A stretch of DNA of 64,000 bases from Octopus sinensis (lineage: Eukaryota). The position numbers and the translations under genes were made by a program. The notes under the pieces are model-generated. The model worked only from the letters and a program-made list of their open reading frames with translations. It was not told where the DNA came from and ran no database searches. Location: contig NC_043001.1 of NCBI RefSeq assembly GCF_006345805.1, positions 109,058,001-109,122,000 on the forward strand. The letters are read 5' to 3'. This document shows positions 55,752 through 64,000 of the stretch, in pieces. Each line of letters opens with the position of its first letter. The stretch's first letter is position 1.

Positions 55752-56030
55752 ATATAGAATTGTCCAATTAAATGAACATTGCACATTCTTATCCCTGTTT
55801 CATTCTTATCCCTGTTTCCAGCATTACAAAGAAAGTAGATATATAGACAGAGAGGTTAATTTCATTCTTAAGAACATGATAGTAGTATGTTCATTCTCAG
55901 TCTGTAGATTTTATCATTGAGTTCACTTTGTTATTTAGATCTATCAGTGGGGAAGGTTTTTTTCTTATTTTGGTTGAAAAATACACACACACACACAACA
56001 CACACACACACAGCACACACACACACACAC

Positions 56031-56075
<45 letters not shown>

Positions 56076-56079
56076 ATTT

Positions 56080-56110
<31 letters not shown>

Positions 56111-56660
56111 GTATTTTCACACGCGGCTTCATCCACTTCCTAATCCATACTCACATGACCAACTCATGCCCCTTCTGCGCCCGACAAATCGACGCTACTA
56201 TACTTCTATACTTGTATACCTCTACGTATATACACCCAACAAGGCAACACTTGTCGACACTACTCTCCATATGACCGTTTTAAGACACGGAAATATTTCT
56301 ATGTTTGCACATCGCACAGAAATATTTCATAGATATATGTTCCGTCAATTCAAGTGTAACGCCGAATCAGTGTGATACAACACATGTGATAAGGCTGGGT
56401 TATTGGATTACAAATACCATTGAAAGATAGACAGAAAGAGAGAGAGAGTGCGAGAGAGAGAGTGCGAGAGAGAGAGTGCGAGAGAGAGAGAGAGATAGAG
56501 AGAGAGAATGAGGCATAAGTAGTAATAACAGCACCAGTAATGGCGAAGTACGTTATTCTTTCAAACGCGAAAAGGATTAAATGCTAAATTGTCTTCGATG
56601 GAATTTGAACTCGGAGTTACGGAACGGATATCACAAAATCTTGTAAACGACGTGCGGCAA

Positions 56661-56750
56661 AGATAAAGAATACGCACACCACCCGTTTTCGGCGTTTAGG
56701 GTTAGGGTTAGGGTTATGCCGAAAACGGGTGGCGGGCGTATTCTTTACCT
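56661..56750. mobile_element. Miniature palindromic element with (TTAGGG)3 loop
   Basis: 35-bp arms AGATAAAGAATACGCACACCACCCGTTTTCGGCGT and ATGCCGAAAACGGGTGGCGGGCGTATTCTTTACCT around TTAGGGTTAGGGTTAGGGTT (56696-56715). Confidence 0.75.
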
Positions 56751-57833
56751 CCGTCCGACGTTCTAAAAACTCTACTAATTCGGTATTTCCTTACAAAAAC
56801 AGTCCGTGCTATTTATACATCTACGATTACATGCTTCATCTTTTCAAACATTTGTCGCCCACAATCTATGAACAACTCTCAGTCTCTCTCTTCTTCTCTC
56901 TTCTCTCTCTTCTTCTCTCCTCCCCTCTCACACTTACACACAAAGACACACAAGTAAACCACCTAACAAGTAAGTGTGAACGTATGCACATCTGTATCGT
57001 CTACACGTGTGTGCCCTTATATTTCGAATCTCCATTTATCACATGAAACTCAATAGCTGTCGAATCGATGTTATCAACATAATTATTTCCTTTCCATGGC
57101 GGATGAAACAAAACGTTATTTTAAGCAAGAATATCCGGTTGGCATGGGTCTTGTGGTGAAAGCATTTTTGTTTGTGCTTTTGTTTTTGTTCACAATTTGT
57201 CACAATGAAATCTGGACATCCATCAATCCACCATCCACACATACAAACCAATTATTGTTGAAAATAAAGGTTATATACATACACGACTGAGTATAACTGA
57301 ACTTGAATGTCCGTAAATGGAGCATAGCTCCAAAATTCATAGGCTACAAATGGCCGCGATATATGGAACCTTTAAGTGGCGTGCTGCCAGAGACGTTAGC
57401 ACGCCGGGCGAAGTGCTCCGCGGTATTTCGCCCGTCGCTACGTTCTGAGTTCAAATTCCACCGAGGTCGACTTTGCTTTTCATCCTTTCGGGGTCGATGA
57501 ATTAAGTACCAGTTACGCACTTGGGTCGATGTAATCGACTTAATCCGTTTGTCTGTCCTTGTTTGTTCCCTCTATGTTTAGCCCCTTGTGGGTGGTAAAG
57601 AAACAAATATATGGAACCTTCAAAACTTTGTTACGATTCACAGGATGACGGCTTACAAAACACACAATGACAATTTCGTTTTCTTTAAAGCCTTTCCGCC
57701 GTGGAGGTGGCCAGTTAAAAATAAATTTAAAATTAAGAGAAAGAGTGAACATACATGATGCACATACATACATACATACATACATAATACATACATACAT
57801 ACATACATATATACATACACACATACATACATA

Positions 57834-58097
57834 CAGTGGCGGACTGGGTCTAAAAATATTGGTTGCTAGGAGACTAAATGCTATCATTAATTTTTTTTTT
57901 AAAGTTTTCTTTTCAACTGTCTACAAACACAGCTAAGCTGAAATAATTAATGCATTCTTCCAGGAGTGAAAAAAAAATTCTCAAACTTGAGGGGATAGGA
58001 CCCTTAGATACTAAGATGGGTTCCCATATATGGTTCCCAATGGGGCAGGGGCCCACTTGCCGTCGGGCAAGCTGGCAACCTGGCGAGTCCGCCACTG
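57834..58097. mobile_element. hAT-superfamily MITE (264 bp)
   Basis: Perfect 12-bp TIR CAGTGGCGGACT / AGTCCGCCACTG; 8-bp flanks CATACATA on both sides (inside a (CATA)n tract). Confidence 0.85.
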
Positions 58098-59316
58098 CAT
58101 ACATACATACAGTCGTGGTTAAAAGTTTTTAACATCTTATTTAAAAATTAAAATTGTTATGCCGAAGTACAGTTCCTACCAGATATATACAAGGTATATA
58201 TTTGGGCATCTAATATATAAATTCTAATTTTCAGACCTGTGTTCCAAAATGTTGGCCATATATGTACATACGAATACACACACACGGTCACATATCCTTT
58301 ACTTAATATTCTGTAAATATCATAAGGCGGCGAGCTGGCAGAAACGTTAGCAAGCTGGGTGAAATGCTTAAGGGTATTTCGTCTACCGTTCCGAGGTCGA
58401 TTTTGCCTTTCATCATTTCGGGGTCGATTAAATAAGTACCAGTTACGCACTGGTGTCGATCTAATCGACTTAATCCGTTTGTCTGTCTTTGTTTGTCTTC
58501 TCTGTGTTTAGCCCCTTGTGAGTAGTAAAGAAATAGGTATTTCGTCTGCCGTTACGTTTTGAGTTCGAATTCTGCCGAGGTTGACATTGCCTTTCATCCA
58601 TTCCGGGTTGATAAATTAAGTACCAGTTGCGTACTGGGATCGATCTAATCGACTGGCTCGTTCCCTGTAAATATCCAGTAACCTATATCTTTCTAAATGT
58701 CGCATACTTAATACGCAAACGGCTCATCCCGTTCATTTCACTAAGAAATATTTTAAGTGTCTCGAATATCGCTATGATAGAATTCACGGTAATCTTTTAA
58801 AAATAATCAGTTACAAATAACTCACCCAAAGGCCTTCCATACAGTAAGACACCAAAGAGTAAGAAAGCGAAAGAGGGAATGAAAGAGAGAAAGTGATACA
58901 GAGGTACAGAAATACGCACACACACACACACACACATACATACACTCACTATCTCTCTCTCTATCTATCTATCTATATGCATGCATTTATATAATCCGGT
59001 TAACACAAGCACTGACTGAAACTCCTTAAAAAGTGCAATAGGTACGTTACATAATTATAAATATCAGCTTTACCAAAACCAGCGGATTACTCAGGTGTAA
59101 CTCCCTCTCGACAGAATTATCTGTCCAACAACGAAAGGCTGAGCAACAACTCACCTCCTCCTCCTCCTCCTCCTACTACTACTACTACTACTAGTAGTAG
59201 TAGTATCCCAAAATGGTAACTGACAAAACTGTTATTGCTTTTTTTACCCACACCGTCCCTTTGAAACCGCTACATGTTCATTGAGTAAACTTCGTGCTGC
59301 CTGACTTTCGAGAAGT

Positions 59317-59367
59317 TTTGACAGTGAATAGGTCGCGGTTTCAAAGCGACGAAAATATTCTGACACA
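59317..59367 (+). ncRNA. Second copy of the G3-variant hammerhead (G3:U8, UUC triplet, one stem I mismatch)
   Basis: UUUGACA-GUGAAUA-G-GUCGC(GGUUUCAAA)GCGAC-GAAA-AUAU-UC-UGACA. Confidence 0.6.
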
Positions 59368-61335
59368 AATGAAATGTTTATGTTGAAGTGAAACTAACGG
59401 TTTTTCTGTGATCTGAATGGCTTACAAACACGTTCCACGCTGCAATTGTATTTGTTTCAGCACACGATCTCAGATCAAGTCAATTGCTATCCAAGTACAT
59501 CTCCTTAATTTTATTTTTAAATCACTGTGGATAAATTCCAGCAATGACCTTCTCCAATATTTTAATTTCTAAACAGAAACAATTCGGGGGCAGGGAGTGG
59601 GTTGCCAAAAATTCATAATTTCTCAAATTTTCTTCTTTAAAGCACGTAAATGTATTTATAGGGAAAAATATTGAAAAAAATCAATTGATGCGATAGTGAT
59701 AAAGAAACGAGGTGGGTTGTCTTTGGATGTGCTAGAAACAACAGCCAAATCACCCCTAAAACACTCACTTTTTTCTCTGAAAAAATTTTAACAATTTTAT
59801 TATTGTCTTTTGTTACCGAAAAATGCTCTTCCCATGGTTTTGAAGTGCAAAAAAAAAAGTAGGATGATGAGGTAGTGGGTTGTAAAATAAAAACAGAGTT
59901 TCACAACTTTTTCATACGAACATGCTGCTTCAACCCCATCATTTCGAAGGCTGTGGTTTTTAAAAAATGGGGAAAGTTCCCGAAAACATTTCCCCCACAA
60001 ATTTCTTTAAAATCGCAATCTATGCCATTTGAAAGAGATTTATATAAATTTTCATTAAAAAAATACCCATTTCCTGGACGTTATGAGGGAAAAGTCAGAT
60101 CATGTGAATTTTCAAAAACTCCTCTCACCACACCTTCGCAAAAACTCTTTCCCATAAATCCCTCAACACTCTGAAGCCATAACTTTAAAGCGCTATTTGT
60201 AGAAAATTTTGCTAAAAATTATCCATTTTTCTGGATGGTATGAGGCAACAGAATCGGGGACGTATACATCTGTAGTAATGCAATTTTATTTACACGAATT
60301 TTTTCATTTCATGTTTATTTCATTCATTGTTTGCAATGTTCTTTCTATCCCACTTTCTCTCTCTCACACACACTCTGTAAAGCTTACAGATGGGCTGCTA
60401 AATTGTAATCTCTATGTTGCTTTGAGCGGAAGGCAAAACTTGACAAATTGCCCTCCCTCTGTTGTTGGACTACCCTAATGTTTGTTTAAAAGAGTTGATT
60501 AGATGGAGAGGAGGCCAGTTGATTAGATCGACCCCACCCCTCAGTACGCCACTAGTACTTAATTTATCGACTCCGAAAGGTTGAAAGGTAAAGTCGACCT
60601 CCGCGGAATTTGAACTCAGAACGTCGCGACAGACGAAATATCGCCAAGCATTTCGCCCAGCGTGCTAACGTTTCTGCCAGCTTGCCGCTTTGAAATATTC
60701 TTTTCTACTCTAGGTGCAAGGGCCGAAATTTTGGGGGAGGAGGCCAGTCGATTAGATCGACCCCAGTACGCAACTGGCACTTAATTTATCAACCCTGAAA
60801 GGATGAAAGGCAAAGTCGACCTCGGTGGAATTTGAACTCAGAACGATTTTGCCAGCTCGCCGCCTTCCCGGCACACTAACCACTCTGCCATCTCGTCGCC
60901 TTTCTAACGTTACTGCCACACTCGCCCCCTTCGTATATGTCTTTTATTATCTTAGTTTTAGTTACGGCAAAGTCAAATTCGTTTAATCGGTCCCATGTTT
61001 AATGGCTAAATTTATTCATTTGCTGCAGAAGGATGTAACTACAGTACTGCTTCAAGTCGGATTTGAACTCAAAATTGTAAAAGACAAAAGTGAATATAGC
61101 AACATATTACAAGCGGAGTGTATTATATGGTTTTTGAATTTCAAAGACTGAATCTTATATATCAAAACATATGAAAGTAAAAAAAAAACCTACACAAATA
61201 TTTATACATAGAGAGCTGTGTTCCTATCAAGATGAACCACGTGGCCTGTATTTCCGATTTTGAAGTGTCTAAATATACATACGTCCATACATACATACAC
61301 ATATACATATGCATACATAGACACATGAGTATCTA

Positions 61336-61371
<36 letters not shown>

Positions 61372-61523
61372 CATACATATACATATATACGTATATATAT
61401 ATATATATACACACACATATATATACGCATATATAAAGACATATATTTTTGTCTGCACACGTACATATACACACGTACGTACACAGGAAAACACACATAC
61501 ACGCAAACACACACACACACACA

Positions 61524-61562
<39 letters not shown>

Positions 61563-61938
61563 CGAGAAAAGGAGAAAGAGAGGAATTCCTAATATTATTT
61601 TTATATTCGCTCAGTTTTCATTCTTTGTCAATAATCAAGATTTCTCGTATAAGGTGAATAGATTTTTCGGTAGAATCTCCGTTAACTGGCAGATTATCGA
61701 TCTTATCTTATAGAAGAAAACATCAAACTTTATGCAACAAGTATATATAACGGCTAAATTAATAAGATTGATTACAGAACGGACGAAACTTTATAATGGC
61801 AAAAAATAAAATATCTGTTAAAGCATAAAAAATTGATCGGGATTTCTCTTATCTGTTACCATTTTTTCTTCAAATTAACAGTAGTTTTCTTTTTTTAGCC
61901 ATACATTTAATTTTTCGTTATTTCACCAAAACACGAGA

Positions 61939-61972
<34 letters not shown>

Positions 61973-62349
61973 TTTGTTTACTTTATTTAACGCTGATTCA
62001 TATTATGTCTGTATATGTGAATACCGTTGTCTGAGCGTGCGTGCAGAATAAATATATATATTTGCGGGGGGGGGGGGGGGGTGGTGGTATTTAACATTTT
62101 ATTTGCGATCGATTTACATCGGTAATTTAATTTTCTGTTTATATTTTCATAATTTTAAAACCAATTATTTTTTTTCTTCTTATTCAATATTAATAATATT
62201 TTAGATTCTCAAATACATACCATACATCTGCTCTCACTCATTCTTCCTTTCTCTCTCCCTCTTTCTCTTTCACTCTAAACACACACACAGTTCTCATTCA
62301 CAACACAGGCATATATATATATATATATATATGTATAATATATATATAT

Positions 62350-62576
62350 AAGTTTGAGGAACAAAGAAGAGACGCGCTTAAAGACAAGAGACGCAGGAGG
62401 AAGGCGCGAGCCGCCTCTGACACCAAACCGGATGTTACCTTCATCTGTAGACACTGCTCACGGACCTGTCTTTCCTATATATCGGACTTGTCAGTTATGA
62501 GCGTGCATGCTCGCAACGTGGACAGCCTTCCTGATCTTCGTTCGCGAAGCCGAGCCATGATGATAATGATGATGAT
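62350..62576 (+). mobile_element. RTE-clade LINE 3' end
   Basis: KFEEQRRDALKDKRRRRKAR..FICRHCSRTCLS/(+2 nt)IGLVSYERAC..PS*, the C-terminal zinc-finger pattern of RTE ORF2; 3' hairpin CTTCG(TTCG)CGAAG and (ATG)n tail. Confidence 0.85.
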
Positions 62577-62918
62577 ATATATATATACTCTCACACACAA
62601 ACACTCGCTTATACTGTGGCATGTATTTTGTGGACAACAGCGTCGATTCGTATAGGTTTTCAGTTGGTCAGTCAATAGTTGTTTGCAATTTTAAAGGCGC
62701 GAGTTATAAGGGAAACAACAGCAAAGGTAGATAACTGCGATAATATTAAACAACTAAATATTTTTTAGAAAATACAGATCGCGACGATAAAAGTATGTTG
62801 TCTTGAAAGATAACTGCTGATATGTTGTCTTGAAAGATAACTGCTGATTGCAATGGATATATTTCCGTTGCATTTATATCTTTTGCTAAGCATATTGGCA
62901 AAACCTGGAAGTGACCTC

Positions 62919-62950
<32 letters not shown>

Positions 62951-63195
62951 ACACACATGTATATATATTTCTTTTTTGCCCACAGGGGGCTAAATATAAA
63001 GGGGGAAAATAAGGAATGACAAAGAGTTTCAATCGATTACATCGACCCCAGTGCATAACTGGTACTTATTTAATCGACTCCGAAAGGATGAAAGGCAAAG
63101 TCGACCTCGGTGGAGTTTGAACTCAGATCGTAACGCTAGACGAAATACCACAAACATTTCGCCCGGCGTGTTAACGATTCTGCCAGCTCGCCGCC

Positions 63196-63662
63196 CTGGT
63201 CAATCTCTCATCAACTTCAAGTATCACTTGAAGCGGAAGGTAAGAGTAGAGAGGCAAGTTTTGTCTAGTGAGTGCTTCAAAAAAAAAAAAAAAATGGGTG
63301 AATGTAGCAAGGATGGCACGTGTGAATGACAGAGCCAGCTGGAGCATAATCCTAAGAACAAAAAAAAAAAAAGGAAAAGAGAGAGTCACTTATTCTAATG
63401 TAGTTTTTTGCATGACATTATTGCCCAAGGTGACCGTGGTCTTTTCTTTAGACTTTTCTTTCCACAGATAAATCTAATCTGTTTTCCCTTTTTAAATTGA
63501 CATTTCTGTGATACACGATGCCTATTGATCGTTTTTTTTCACGATCCCTTTTGATCGAAATTCGACCCACTTTCTTTTCTCTTCTTCTTCTCCTCAAAAG
63601 AAAAGCTCTACTTTGTATTTTGTCCCTTCTGTGTTCCGCCCTGTGTGGCCAATAAAGAAACA
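63196..63662 (+). mobile_element. L1/Tx1-clade LINE 3' end (ORF2 C-terminus + 3' UTR)
   Basis: GQSLINFKYHLKRKVRVERQVLSSECFKK/(A-run frameshift)WVNVARMARV, resembling the Tx1 C-terminal E....F...W pattern; UTR ends GCC(CTGTGT)GGC-CAATAAAGAAA into a TA-rich tract. Confidence 0.7.
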
Positions 63663-64000
63663 TATATACACATATATATATACACAGAAAGGGAATGCGC
63701 CGATGATGAGAGAACAATATGGCGGAGAGAAAATAAATCACGCGAGAATCTTCTAGTCCACTTAGCTCTATATTAGAGCATTTGTAAGGACAGAAGAATT
63801 AGATGTTAAGAAATAACGCGGTGTGCTTCTTACAATGCGAAGCGCGAATTAATAATTTATCACATTTTTTAATACATTTTGAGTGAATTACACATCTTCA
63901 GAGGAACAAAACAGTTAACGAATTATGAGACAGAGGTGATCGTTAGATGCGATCTGGATATTTCATTGATGAATATTTTGTACTATCACCAAACTAAATT

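Noticed and set aside
62794-62847. Perfect 27-bp tandem duplication (also a 10-bp triplication at 6448-6480)
   Set aside because: Ordinary slippage duplications with no sign of function.

Overview
AT-rich, microsatellite-saturated eukaryotic non-coding DNA (intronic or intergenic) with a 100-N assembly gap at 45198-45297. The repeat content strongly suggests an octopus (coleoid cephalopod) genome; this is inferred, not proven. I cannot support any intact host protein-coding gene, and nearly all track ORFs are microsatellite or SINE read-throughs. The window holds a decayed D,D34D mariner; Tc2-, Tigger- and hAT-type MITEs; LINE fragments from four groups (CR1/L2-like, L1/Tx1, RTE, RLE-type Dong/R4); dozens of tRNA-derived SINE copies from at least four modular families; and many Penelope-like pseudo-LTR remnants. 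Highlights: (1) at least 10 sequence-diverse type I hammerhead ribozyme motifs, three with intact canonical cores (20522-20616, 44709-44756, 55665-55751) and two families with compensatory 3:8 core swaps (G3:C8, U3:A8); (2) two SINE families whose 3' tails match LINE 3' ends in the same window, one building head-less tandem arrays that restart at an internal GGTAT site; (3) (TAA)n tracts holding stacked Dong/R4-like 3' ends; (4) a 28S rRNA fragment fused to a hammerhead-bearing pseudo-LTR inside a Tigger-like MITE; (5) a 90-bp hairpin whose loop is (TTAGGG)3.
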